64,000 bases of DNA from Podarcis liolepis (taxonomy: Eukaryota), in assembly GCA_965112155.1 (NCBI GenBank), contig OZ218099.1, one strand, 5' to 3'. The notes below the pieces were generated by a model, which did no database searches, had not been told where the DNA came from, and was given only the letters and a program-made list of their open reading frames with translations. The translations under genes and the position numbers were made by a program. Below, piece by piece: positions 1 to 10,713 of this stretch; the stretch's first letter is position 1, and each line of letters begins with the position of its first letter.

Positions 1-80
1 TGGCCCTCCAGATGTGGTTGGACTCCAAGTCCCCTCAGACCAGCCACCAGGCCAACAGTCAGGGATGATGGGAGTTACAA
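1..80. mobile_element. Partial palindromic hAT-type MITE (cut by window start)
   Basis: GGCCCTCCAGATGT..GGACTCCAA..CCC..CAGGGATGATGGGAGTT matches the fuller copies at 10575-10713, 26491-26621 and 28442-28576. Confidence 0.65.
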
Positions 81-99
81 TAATGATGATGATGATGAT

Positions 100-200
100 C
101 ATTTATACCCCACCCATCTGGCTGGGTTTCGCCAGACACTCTGGGCGGCTCCCAACAGAACATTAAAAACACCAAACATTAAAAACTTCCCTAAACATCC
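100..200 (-). mobile_element. L2-type LINE 3' tail fragment
   Basis: TTTATACCCCACCCATCTGGCTGGGTTTCGCCAGACACTCTGGGCGGCT is the reverse complement of the tail at 6398-6447 (and 13850-13891), preceded by a simple-repeat tail. Confidence 0.55.
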
Positions 201-862
201 GAACAACATCCAAAGGTTGCACAGGTTCCTCATACCTGGTTTGCAGTATTTAAGTTGTCCCCAATTATATCATTGCTATTATTTATTCATTTATATTGGC
301 CAATAGGCCCCTAATACATTAGAGAAGGTGTCTCCTTATTTATTTAAAAAACAGCATTCTCCACCCCCCCTTCCCTTTCCTTAGCTTCATGTAAATATGC
401 AGGCCTCTGGAATGCCCTCTTATGTAGTTAGTGTAGGAACAAACGTTTAAAAAGAAAGCCTGCACGTTAAACGTTTGACATTTTAAGGGGTTATGTTGAA
501 GCGGTGCAAAATATAAGGGATCTTGAACTTTTGGATAAATTGTGGTTGGGAACATTAATTCTTGTAAAAGGGCTGTTTGAATGACTGTTGAATAATGGAA
601 GCACTATTGGCCTGTGCTATGAACTATTCTGTAGTTTAATTTTGACAAACTTTGGTACTGCTCCAGCTCCCACTACACATTAGTATTTTTTGGTTAGGTG
701 GTAGTAAAAAAAGAAGAATCCCCTCATTCTTCTAAGATGTTTGTCTCAACAAAAGCCTGTTCGGGGTCTAAGTGGGGAAAGGGGCTATGAGTAACATCTG
801 GAAGGAAGGACAAGGAGCAAAGTATTACAGTATATTCCAGCAGGAAGTTCTTTTAATAAGTA

Positions 863-1031
863 CCGTATTTTTTGCACCATAACACTCACTTTTTTCCTCC
901 TAGAAAGTAAGGGGAAATGTCTGTGCGTGTTATGGAGGAAATGCCTACGGGTGGCATGCCTACGGATTTTCCTCCTCTAAAAACTACGTGCGTGTTATGG
1001 TCGGGTGCGTGTTATAGAGCGAAAAATACGG
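863..1031. mobile_element. Tc1/mariner-pogo family MITE
   Basis: TIRs CCGTATTTTTTGCACCATAAC / GTTATAGAGCGAAAAATACGG, TA target duplication (861-862, 1032-1033), internal repeats of GTGCGTGTTAT. Confidence 0.85.
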
Positions 1032-1982
1032 TAAATCTTGTAGTGATGACTTGTAGAGATTCAGAGAATGGTGTTGGATAAAACAATAACAACACAAAAC
1101 ATTTATTTGCAGCTTGTGACAAGCATTTGCATTTTCTTTTATATATACATATGAAACTGTAAGGTGCCTTTTCTTCTACCATTGTGTCTGTTAATTACTT
1201 TTTCTTGTTTGTTAGCATTGGGGCTGTCACCTTTTAATGGGCAGAAATTCTGTGTTTGTAATAGAGAAAGCTTTACAACAGGCGGGTAGACGAAAGAAAT
1301 GCAACTTTATTGTGGCTGCAAATTTTTGCACAACTTCCACATATCTTCCTCATAAAAATGCTGTCCTATGTTATTTCTCAATTTAATCTGGATTTACCAT
1401 TTCCGCAAAAAAAAAACAACAGTAAAAAACACCTTAAGAACACAGTAGATTAAATGGAGATGGGGTGGTGAATATGGAATGGGATTTTTATGAGAATGCT
1501 GTAGAAATACATGCATGCATGAACAGCAGCAAAACCACAATTAAATTGTTGTGTGGAAGTGTGGCCTGTGTTGGGAGAAACCAATTTTTGCCTTTCATGT
1601 AGCTGTTCATTAACTAAAATTAAACTCTTAACCAGGCAGCACTGCATTTTAGGCAGCACTCTTGGCAGGATCAGGACCTGATGGGTGAGTTTATTCTGAA
1701 CCGGAGGCTGCACAAGGCAAAGAAGCACAAAGGTGGCAGGCAAAGCTCAGAATCTGAAATCCAAGTTTGACAACTGAGTGAAGGTTTTGAGAGTGCAAAG
1801 TTGTAAGGGATTAGAAGTTGTTTGCAGGAAGAAATAGGAGCCCAGGAGGTGCAGCAAATGTAAGTGAAACAAGCATTGATAATACTGAGATATAGAAGGA
1901 TCCTGGTAGGAAGTAACAGGAAAGCCCTAAGTGGGCAGTCATAGGACCTTCATGTCATTAAGGGCTTCTAAGAAGATCCATG

Positions 1983-2341
1983 GACGCGGGTGGTGCTGTG
2001 GTCTAAACCACAGAGCCTAGGGCTTGCCGAAGATCGGCGGTTCGAATCCCTGCAGTGGGGTGAGCTCCTGTTGTTCGGTCCCAGCTCCTGCCCACCTAGC
2101 AGTTCGAAAGCACGTCAAAGTGCAAGTAGATAAATAGGTACCGCTCCGGTGGGAAGGTAAACGGTGTTTCCGTGCGCTGCTCTGGTTCGCCAGAAGCGGC
2201 TTAGTCATGCTGGCCACACGACCTGGAAGCTGTCTGTGAACAAACGTCAGCTCCCTCGGCCAGTAAAGTGAGATGAGCACCACAACCCTAGAGTCGTTCG
2301 CGACTGGACCTAACGGTCAGGGGTCCCTTTACCTTTACCTT
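1983..2341 (+). mobile_element. Full-length Sauria SINE (Squam1 type)
   Basis: tRNA-like head with A box (TGGTGCTGTGG) and B box (GGTTCGAATCC), diagnostic body, (ACCTTT)n tail, 14-bp TSD TAAGAAGATCCATG at 1969-1982 and 2342-2355. Confidence 0.92.
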
Positions 2342-3804
2342 TAAGAAGATCCATGCCACCCACAAGCAAATGTGGAATATACTCTTCTACTCCATCAATT
2401 CCTGACAAGAACCCCACATAGTCCTCACATCCTCAGTCACCTCACTCTTCTTTCAAATCCTTTCCCTGTATAACATTACCTCACTTCCTGATTTTTGTGG
2501 CTGCTTCTGTCCTTACAATAAAACTATGATCAGAATGTATACACAGCTTAATTAACATATGTGGTAGTAAGTTACACGGGTGTTATTTGAGTGTTTGGAG
2601 CTTCCTTACTATGAAAGCTGGTGTAGCTTTTATTTAGTTTTCTGTCTCCCAAAATTTCTCTGCTTTGAAGTATTTAGTGGCTCTTACATCCAGCTAACAG
2701 GGTTTGTTGCAAGCAATTATTGCAAGGTAATTTATGTTTTTTATGTATGCTGATTCAATACAGTTGTATTAATTTGCAGAAATAAAAAAAATGGGGGGTG
2801 CAATTATGATTAAATGCAAAGAAGTAAAAGTGTGAGCAGCACCTGTTCCAGCCTTCAGCAGTCTCAGTCTGCGGAATATTTATGGGAAAAGTAAGTAAGA
2901 ATCTTGCAGTTCTTGTAGAGAGCCCTCTTTAGTTACTGATTTAAGACCATATAAAACCCAATAAAAGATAAACTCTTTGTTACAAAACATCTGGTAATTC
3001 CACTTGTGTTTTCATCATGCAAAGGCTATTTCCCTTTTTTCCTTCCAGATAAGCAAATGCAAGTGGGAGTATGGTCTTAGTGAATAAAGATGGGGGGGGG
3101 GGGAAATAAAGCAGACATCATCTCCAGAGATTAAATTTCTTACGTATTAAACTGTTAAGTGCATCGTTCTGCCCTTTCAGTAGAGAGAATTCCTTTTGGG
3201 GTTCCCAGTAAAGTCTGCACAGCACAGCACAGCACCGCTACCATATACCATTCACATTATTGAACCATCTTCAGGGTTAGGATGTGGTTGTTCTTAGTGG
3301 GGCAAGGGGTCAGATTCAGCAGTGGCTGATGCTACAGGAGACCGCATCAGATTTTCACTCTACTCCATCCCCACCCCAATTTAGCAACATGGTTTTTGTT
3401 TGGGTTATTGCTTTTCCATTTATCTCAAAGAAAGTATATGGACATGGCAGGATTTGGGGGGGGGGGTTCAGTTCACGAGGGAAGGGTAAATAGAATAGCA
3501 CATTTGATTTGTCCACTCTCCACATTTGTTATGGGATGTGTGGCAAACAAAGGAAAGAGAAGTGGAGTAAAATGGGATGCACTGGAACAAATCAAAGCAT
3601 GGAATTTATCAGAACGGAACAAAGTGTTATGTGTGTATATAATATTTTCACTATTATCCCAATTCTGTAAATTGTTCAAGGATAGTTGGCCTAATCCTAT
3701 ATAAAAAAGGTAAGGGCTTTTTAAAAAAAAAGTATATGAGCATTAATATATTGAATTTATGTTTGAATTTGACACCCCTGCTTCAGAAGAGATAATATTA
3801 TGCA

Positions 3805-4063
3805 GTGAGCTCCCATTGCTTGGCCCCTGCTCCTGCCAACTTAGCAGTTCGAAAGCACGTCAAAGTGCAAGTAGATAAATAGGTACTGCTCCGGCGGAAA
3901 GGTAAACGGCGTTTCTGTGTGCTGCTCTGGTTCGCCAGAAGCGGCTTAGCCATGCTGGCCACATGACCCGGAAGCTGTCAGCCAATAAAGTGAGATGAGT
4001 GCCGCAACCCCAGCGTTGGTCATGACTGGACCTAATGGTCAGGGGTCCCTTTACCTTTACCTT
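3805..4063 (+). mobile_element. 5'-truncated Sauria SINE
   Basis: Colinear with 1983-2341 from GTGAGCTCCC onward; ends in (ACCTTT)n. Confidence 0.9.
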
Positions 4064-4329
4064 ACTACATTTATTATTATATTCATTTCTGCAGTGAGCA
4101 AACGCTTGCTGAACTCTGTATTTCCTGCCCCACTTTAAGTATTATATAAACTGTGTTTCTTATTTATTAATCCAATAATTATTTTCTAGAATGTCTAATT
4201 ATTCAATACACCAGCGTGTCTTTATGTCTCCTAGGAAGCTGAAGGAACAATACATGGAATTCCCACGTGGTCACTGAAACTGACCAGATGAAGACCTCCT
4301 TCTCAACGGTGTCGCTGCATCGTGTAGAT

Positions 4330-4405
4330 CAGAGATGGGGAACCTGCGGTTCTCCAGATGTTGTTGTATTACAGTTCCCATCAGCCCCAGCCAGCATGGC
4401 CACTG
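4330..4405. mobile_element. Half copy of the palindromic hAT-type MITE
   Basis: CAGAGATGGGGAACCTGCGG..TCCAGATGTTGTTG..TACAGTTCCCATCAGCCCCAG left arm. Confidence 0.6.
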
Positions 4406-5919
4406 GTCTTACTATTTTACAAACGCAGGACACCTGAAGAGGGTTTGTATTTCTGAAAGGGAAGCTGGTGGAAATGGGCTGGTGGGGTGAGAGGGGAATG
4501 CTGCTTATGATTGCTAAAAAGCCACGAGTAGTAGAAGACAATCTACTATTGATAAAATCTTTGGCTTTAGTAAAAACAACTCCAGTTAGTTCAAACAAGT
4601 GTGAGAGATAGAGCAAAATGGAGACTGTGATTCTGCTGTTGATGTATTCAGTTGCATACTGGAGTATGCAAAGCATATGTGCCGCAGCTAAACCATCCTG
4701 CCCATCCAGTTCTTCACCCTGTCATGACCTGCTGATGATCATGCCAATTCAGTTCACTTTGATATTTTGTTCCATATGCCAGACAGAAGGCAAACCATGC
4801 TTATGATTAGGGCTTGAAAACCCCACTGGATCCCTCCAAAATATCTAGCATATGATGAATGTTAATTGTATTACATTAATTATTCCCTTTCTCTGGCACA
4901 GGACATGAGTGTTCCAAGGGCCAAAAACAATGTGATATGTTCCATGGGATGTGGTTCTGTAGCCGGGCAGATCAGAAGGGGCTAAACACAAATGTGGGAA
5001 CAAGGTGATAAACTGACCCATTTGTCTGCCAAACTGTCTACCTAGAAACTTGTGTATGAGGCATCCCGGTGGCTTCATTGGTTCTAAAATACACCAGCAA
5101 TTTATAGCACTATCGCACTTCTAATGTACATATGCTAGAAAGTTAGTCATCAATAAATCAGAGGCAGCATGGTTTAATGAATGCAACACAGTGATCTGTA
5201 GCGACTTAGGCTTTGTGGTAATATTATCACTTAGTTTTAACTCTGTGGTAATATTATTATAAACTTTTAGACCCTGGTGCATTTCTTGGGCAGAGTATCT
5301 ATCCTCTTTTGTGTTTTCAAAGCCAAGTGGTAATATTACCACAGAGTTAAAACTAAGCACACAGTTTGAATGCTACTATGAAGGCCTCATTCATTTGGCT
5401 AAGTTCCATTTGTTCCCTGTGGAATATACCCTAATGATCACTTTTCTTAATATAATTGCTGAGGGATGTGTGTTAACTCTGGGATTTATTTATTTTAAAT
5501 CTTCACTGGGAAACACATGAATGGTTTTCCTAAAATGGCAACTCCCCTGAATCTTGCAGTGGCTCTGAGGCATCCCCAGATAGTTTGAATGTATTGGGGT
5601 TCTATTGGGGTTCAAACAGTGAACATCCGGACAGAAAGGTTGTTGAGCTTTTTTTTTTTTTTCAAAGCTGCTGACCTTATTTTGGCAAAATTATGCAGTT
5701 TTTGAGCTTTTTTTAAAAAAATAGGCAAAAACAGCACTGTGACATGGGCTTCCATATGTCTGGATTTTCCTGGACATTTGCTGCTGCTGTGAGTGCTGGA
5801 AGGAAGACCTGCTCCCTGCTGCAAGGCCCATTTCCACCTGGCCTAGGGCGTGAGGCCGACTCACCCTGAACAGGTAAAAGGCTCCTGGGAGGCCACTGGG
5901 ACATTGGTGGGGCAACTGG

Positions 5920-6447
5920 CTGAAATGTTTTTAAATGTTTTAAACGGTTCTAATTTTGGTTCCTCTGTTTTGTTTTTGTCAGGTTGGTGTTGGTTAAATG
6001 TTTAGTTGGGGTTGGCAATTATTTTAATTTTGGTACAACTGTAAACTGTTTGTTGTTGTTGTTTTCTATTGATTTATTGGTTTTCTATGTTGCTTGCCAA
6101 CCTAGCAGTTCGAAAGCATGTCAAAGAGCAAGTAGATAAATAGGTACCGCTCCAACGGGAAGGTAAACGGCGTTTCCGTGCACTGCTTTGGTTCGCCAGA
6201 AGCGGCTTAGTCATGCTGGCCACAAGACCCAGCTGTACCCCGGCTCCCTTGGCCAATAAAGCGAGATGAGCGTCGCAACCCCAGAGTCGGTCACAACTGG
6301 ACCTAATGGTCAGGGGTCCCTTTACCTTTTACTATGTTGCTTGTATACTAGGATATTTTGTTTTTTAATGTTTGATTGTGTGTTTATATATGTTGTAAGC
6401 CATCCAGAGTGGCTGGGGAAATCCAGCCAGATGGGTGGGAAATAAAT

Positions 6448-6477
<30 letters not shown>
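5920..6477 (+). mobile_element. L2-type LINE 3' UTR fragment, interrupted by a SINE
   Basis: T-rich 3' UTR followed by TGTAAGCCATCCAGAGTGGCTGGGGAAATCCAGCCAGATGGGTGGGAAATAAAT and an (ATT)n tail. The 5' boundary is approximate. Confidence 0.55.
6097..6331 (+). mobile_element. 5'-truncated Sauria SINE
   Basis: Colinear with other copies; 12-bp TSD CTATGTTGCTTG at 6085-6096 and 6332-6343. Confidence 0.9.
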
Positions 6478-6478
<1 letters not shown>

Positions 6479-6610
6479 GCCCAAATTCCGCCTGAACACT
6501 GCTAGAGACAGCTGGATTCCAGCTATGTCCGGGAAATCCGGGACATATGGAAACCCTAGAATGTATAGTTCCAATACATGAGGTAAATAAATAAAGACCT
6601 TCATATTTTA

Positions 6611-6725
6611 GGACAAGGGTGGTAGCTCAGTGATAGGGCATCTGCTTTGCTTGCAGAAGGTCCCAGGTTCCATCCCTGGCATCTCCAGGTAGCGCTGTCT
6701 GATATCTTGGAGAGATGCTGCCTGA
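6611..6725 (+). mobile_element. Squam3-like tRNA-derived SINE (partial)
   Basis: TAGCTCAGTGATAGGGCATCTGCTTTGCTTGCAGAAGGTCCCAGGTTCCATCCCTGGCATCTCCAGGT head with A/B boxes. Confidence 0.7.
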
Positions 6726-8461
6726 ATTGCAACAGCATAGCACTTTACGTTTCCCCTAAACACAATACTGCAATGTTGAGTGTTAGGAGAATGTAGCTAT
6801 CATCTCAATAAGAAACCCTATGTTGGGAGGTAAATTTTGTTTTCGTACATCCTTTAGCAAGCCTACATCTTGAACCCAGAGCTTTGAGCAGCAGCTCCTG
6901 AGGAAAATTCTACTTTTGAAAATGCACAAGGTTCTCAGTTAAGTGGGAACCACTCTAGAAAGGCAAAGCATTATTAACAAGTGGTGGTGGTGTGCGATGG
7001 TTAAGGAGGCACTTGGGGGAGGCTGCTGCCTTGAGTGGGGGACAGTTGATCAGGCAGAAGGCCTCCCCTGCGTGAAATAACTGTTATTTTATGAGAAGTA
7101 GGTGCCTGCCTCAAGCAGGCAGCGGTGGGTGTGGCCAGCTGGATGTTGGAGCTCTTCTCAGCGGCTGCTGCTGCTGCCGCCACCACAGAAAACAGACAGG
7201 CAAGAGCAACAGCAACAAACACCCTTCCAGCAACGGATTGAAGTGTATTGTTTGTGCATCACAAGGTCAAGTCGAGAACTACAGGAGGGCGGACCGGCTC
7301 CTCTTCTTCCTGTGCAAACTGGGCAAAGTTCTTTTTCCTCCTTGCCCTGTGGAAACCTTTCGGTAGTAAAAGAGGGCATTTGGAGGGATCGAAACAAACA
7401 GGCTCAATGGGGCAAAAATGTTAAGCGCCCCCCCATCTCTGTGTGTAGGGGGGTGTCGAATCCTGCCGTTCAACTCCTGCTTTCAATCTCTCCCCCCCCC
7501 CCACCCTTTGGCACGGTTGCTGAAAAGGAGCAAGTGCTTAACGTCAGCATGCTCCCGGCTGTAAGTGATCTGGATAACTATTTGAATTAAAAGCGACCCC
7601 CCCCCATGCCCGTCTCTCTCCAGAGTGGTAGTATTTCAGCACAGAGGTGGCCGCGTAACTTTTGTGACCCGGGGGGAAACGATTCTGTTGCGATCTCGAT
7701 TTGCAACCTCCCCCGCCGGCTTGCTTCACTCCCTCACCTCCCGTGCCCTCCTAGCGAATGCGAACTCCCCCCCCCAGTCCCCACGCGCGGTTTTCGCTGC
7801 GAGGGTCTCTTTCCTCCTTCCCGCGGAAGAGGTTTCTTGCTCGGTGTTCCTTTCCCCTTAATATCCCTCGCCGCCCGGCCTTGCACCTCATCTGTTATTT
7901 GCAAGAAACGTCTTTTTGACGCAGGAAGAAATGGCAAATTTGAAGTACGTCATTAATATGGCGCCAAAAGATTTTGTTAAGTATAAGCTTATTTTTTGTA
8001 AGGTTGCAGCAGCAGGCTAGTGTGTACGCCTGTGCATAGCTCCGGGGAGGTGAAAGCGGCGCGGTACGGGGGGGGGGGGGACGCTGAGAGAGAGAGGAAA
8101 AAAGAGGGGGAGTGTGTATATATGAGAAGGGGAGGAAGCAAAGAAAGTGTTGCAGCTCTGTGATCTGTGTGTGCACTGCTGCCGCCGTTGTGTGCGCGCG
8201 CGAGGCTGAAGATCATTGCGAAAGTGACCTGATCAGGCTTGTAGAGAGAGAGGGAGAGAAGGAGAGAGGGAGAAAAGGAGAGCGAGCCCGTGTATGCAAC
8301 CCGACCTCTTTCCAGCTGCCCAGGGCACAAGAGAAAAGAGATGGGGACTCAGCGCATCGGAGGGAGGTGAAGGCGAGGGAGGGGTGGTGGGTGAGCAGTG
8401 CGTTGGGGTGGGAGGCAACACATGCCGAACACAATCAGGGATGGGACCCACGTTTGCTACT

Positions 8462-8479
8462 GCCGCCGCCGCCGCCGCT
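8462..8479 (+). repeat. (GCC)5GCT trinucleotide repeat in the CpG island / putative 5' leader
   Basis: Direct reading: GCCGCCGCCGCCGCCGCT. Confidence 0.9.
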
Positions 8480-8856
8480 GCACCTGGACCTGCTGCTCGT
8501 CAGGGAGGAACAACAAACAAGAAAATAAGAAATTGAGGGAAGGGGGTGCGAGGGGGCGTGGGGGGGGGGAGGAAGAAGGTGGGGTGAAACCGCCAGCATC
8601 ACCCTAATTTATATACTACTCCTTTGAAGAAGTCCCTTCTTCGCCAGCAGGGGAAAAGGGGGGTCGGAAGAGAAAAGAAGAAAAAGGGCAGTCGCAGGAT
8701 TTCGGGCAATTGCAAAGAGATCCGAAAAGAAGTCTGGATTTAAAAAAGAAATAGGAACACGCAGGGCTCGCTGGATTTTGCACAGAGCGGCCATCTCAGC
8801 TGGAAGCAATTCTTTGGAATTGATTTTTTGTTGTTTTTGTTTTTAATTTTGCATCC

Positions 8857-8883
8857 ATGGAGTTACTTTGTATCTACTCCTAA
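8857..8883 (+). other. Upstream ORF MELLCIYS* in the JADE2 leader
   Basis: ATG GAG TTA CTT TGT ATC TAC TCC TAA within inferred exon 1. Confidence 0.6.
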
Positions 8884-8917
8884 AAGAAGGGCATCATCTT
8901 CGGATCCTACAAGGGGG

Positions 8918-9019
8918 ATGGTTTGCCCCCTGCGCAATGGTGCCGGATTAGTCTTTGCAAAGGGAGATTCCATGAGCGGTTACGTTTTTGGAGCATCTCT
9001 CCCCACACCTCTCTGGTAA
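8918..9019 (+). other. Second uORF (33 aa, MVCPLRNG...PTPLW*)
   Basis: GGGATGG strong context; stop TAA at 9017-9019; nested out-of-frame mini-uORF MVPD* at 8937-8951. Confidence 0.5.
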
Positions 9020-10574
9020 CCCGAGGGACAGTCTCAACTCTTGGAGGACGCTCTTTCCCAGGCAAGGTAAAAAGGGTGGAGAATTGCTCCATTTTTTATT
9101 TTTTTGCAGCTTCTCTCGATTCCCCCCCCCTTGCATTTGTTTTACTGCTCCCTGACTGTGCTGCCTGCAAAGGAGGATGGGGGGTGGAAGAGTGTGTAGC
9201 GTTTTTAGACATGGATTGCGCATGTTGGTCAGTCATGTTTTAAAAGGGAGGCGGCAGGAATGTAAACAACAACTTTTTAAAGGATCAGAAGCCTCAGGAA
9301 ACGTTTCCTCGAATTAATGACTGCGGCAGAGCTAACCCCAAAAGGTCTCGAAGCAAGAGGGTGGCCGGGAGAGGGGAGTTAAACACGTTTTATTGAGGTG
9401 GAAGGGGGAAGAAGGCGCTCGAGGGGCAAAAAAGGGTGGCGGGCGAAAAGTGAGCGGCGGGTGTGTGTGTTGTGCCCTGTATCCGCGAGTAAAAAGAGGT
9501 TCGCGCGGCAATTAGCAGAGACACGAGTTTCATTTTTGTTGATACGCAGCACGTTTTGGAGCCTTTGCATGTCTTGAAGCTGCACCCACATGATCCGCTC
9601 CTCTCACGTGCTAGGGTTGTGGGGTCCCTGCCAGCTCCTGCAACAGACACAAACAATGCGCCCAGGAGGCAGGCAGGCAGGCAGACGAGGAGAAGAGGCG
9701 CCTTTCCTTGGCGAGGGTGGGCGAGCCCGGGTGGGCTTGGAAGGGCGCAGGCTTTTCCGGGGTGCCGGTGGCTTTTGCAGTCGGGCTGCACAGCCCAGCG
9801 ACGGCGGTGGGCGGTTGCCCGGGCTGGGAGGGGGCAGGGCGAGAGTCGCGCCGCTGGGGGGCATGGAGAGATTTGGGAGTGGAAATGTACAGGCAACGGC
9901 TGCGACGGAGCTGCGCGGTGGGGAGAAGGACTGTAGGGGGCGTGGCTGTTGTTTACCTTCTCAAACTCTCCCGGCTCCCAACGGGCTCCTCCGGGGGCGT
10001 CTCATCTCTTCCTCCATCTCTGCCACTGAATCCCTCCCTCCCTTCCCCTGCCGCCCTCCCTGCACTTCCTTGCAGGCTTTGCACTTTGCCTGGGCTGGGC
10101 ATTCCTCCTGAGGGCGGCGCATCCTCTTTTCCTGCCCTGCTGCCCCCACCCCTCGTGCGGACACCCGATGCCCCGCTTGCGGCTGCTTTCTATACAGTGC
10201 ATTTACTGTATATGAAGTCAGAGGGACAGAGACCTGCAAGGCGCAGGTTCTGCCCTGGAAGCCCACCCCTCGTCCCAGAAGTGTGTGGGCTGGTTGTGGT
10301 TTACATGACCCTGAGGACAGATGCTACCTCCCTCACGGTTAAACCAAAAGGCCTTTTCTTCCATTATGGTTGTTTGGTCTCTAGGGCTGAGTCCTCTGTC
10401 AGCTTAACCCCTGCAGATCTTTCTTCACTCAAACATTCTTCTCTGCTACAGGTGCTGCTTATACTCTTCCCCCCCCCCCCAAGTGCTGAACACCTTTCTG
10501 TCTTTCCCGGGCTTCATCAGTTATCTTTTCCAGGCTGAGGGCAGGCATTCTGAATAGGGGGAGATACCCTTCAG

Positions 10575-10713
10575 CAGGGGTGAGGTGCCTGTGGCCCCGC
10601 AGGTGGTGTTGGACTCCAGCTCCCACCAGTCCAGGCCAGCACAATTGGCAGGTCAGGGATGATGGGAATTGTAGTTCAGCAATGTCTGTAGGGCACTATG
10701 TGAACTACCTCTG
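10575..10713. mobile_element. Palindromic hAT-type MITE
   Basis: CAGGGGT...ACCTCTG ends; 8-bp TSD CCCTTCAG/GCCTTCAG (7/8). Confidence 0.75.

Larger units (their letters stand above)
5595..6558. mobile_element. hAT-like non-autonomous DNA element with nested insertions
   Basis: Perfect 8-bp direct repeat GAATGTAT (5587-5594, 6559-6566); right end GGACATATGGAAACCCTA; degenerate left end TGGGGTTC; internal TIR-like copy at ~5745-5779. Confidence 0.6.
8400..9066 (+). other. JADE2: Inferred non-coding exon 1 (5' UTR) of JADE2; start position uncertain
   Basis: Donor-like GGCAAG|GTAAAA at 9066/9067 inside the CpG island; joining to 25193 gives CAAG-ATG-G (A at -3, G at +4). The TSS cannot be located from sequence alone. 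Confidence 0.6.
7400..10300. promoter_or_regulatory. JADE2: CpG island / JADE2 promoter region
   Basis: GC and CpG density are visibly much higher than in the CpG-depleted flanks; no transposons; lies ~16 kb upstream of the first coding exon. Boundaries judged by eye. Confidence 0.85.

Noticed and set aside
1983-2055. tRNA gene candidates (A/B boxes here and at 6611, 36090)
   Set aside because: They are SINE heads continuing into SINE bodies; no complete cloverleaf.
2017-2283. Recurrent 'ASMTKPLLANQSSARK' ORFs (also 6074-6256)
   Set aside because: Antisense translation of Sauria SINE copies, not a gene family.
3801-4099. TGCAGTGAGC repeated around the second Sauria SINE as a possible TSD
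   Set aside because: Six of the ten bases belong to the SINE itself and the right copy is ~26 nt from the tail, so it is not a clean TSD.
7001-7590. ORFs with Ala/Cys/Gln runs upstream of the island
   Set aside because: They derive from a short CTG/CAG repeat; no recognisable protein or convincing exon boundaries.
9390-10538. Long overlapping ORFs (168-276 aa) in the CpG island
   Set aside because: They occur in several frames on both strands, are G/A/R/P-rich and show no domain motif; this is expected from stop-codon scarcity in GC-rich DNA.
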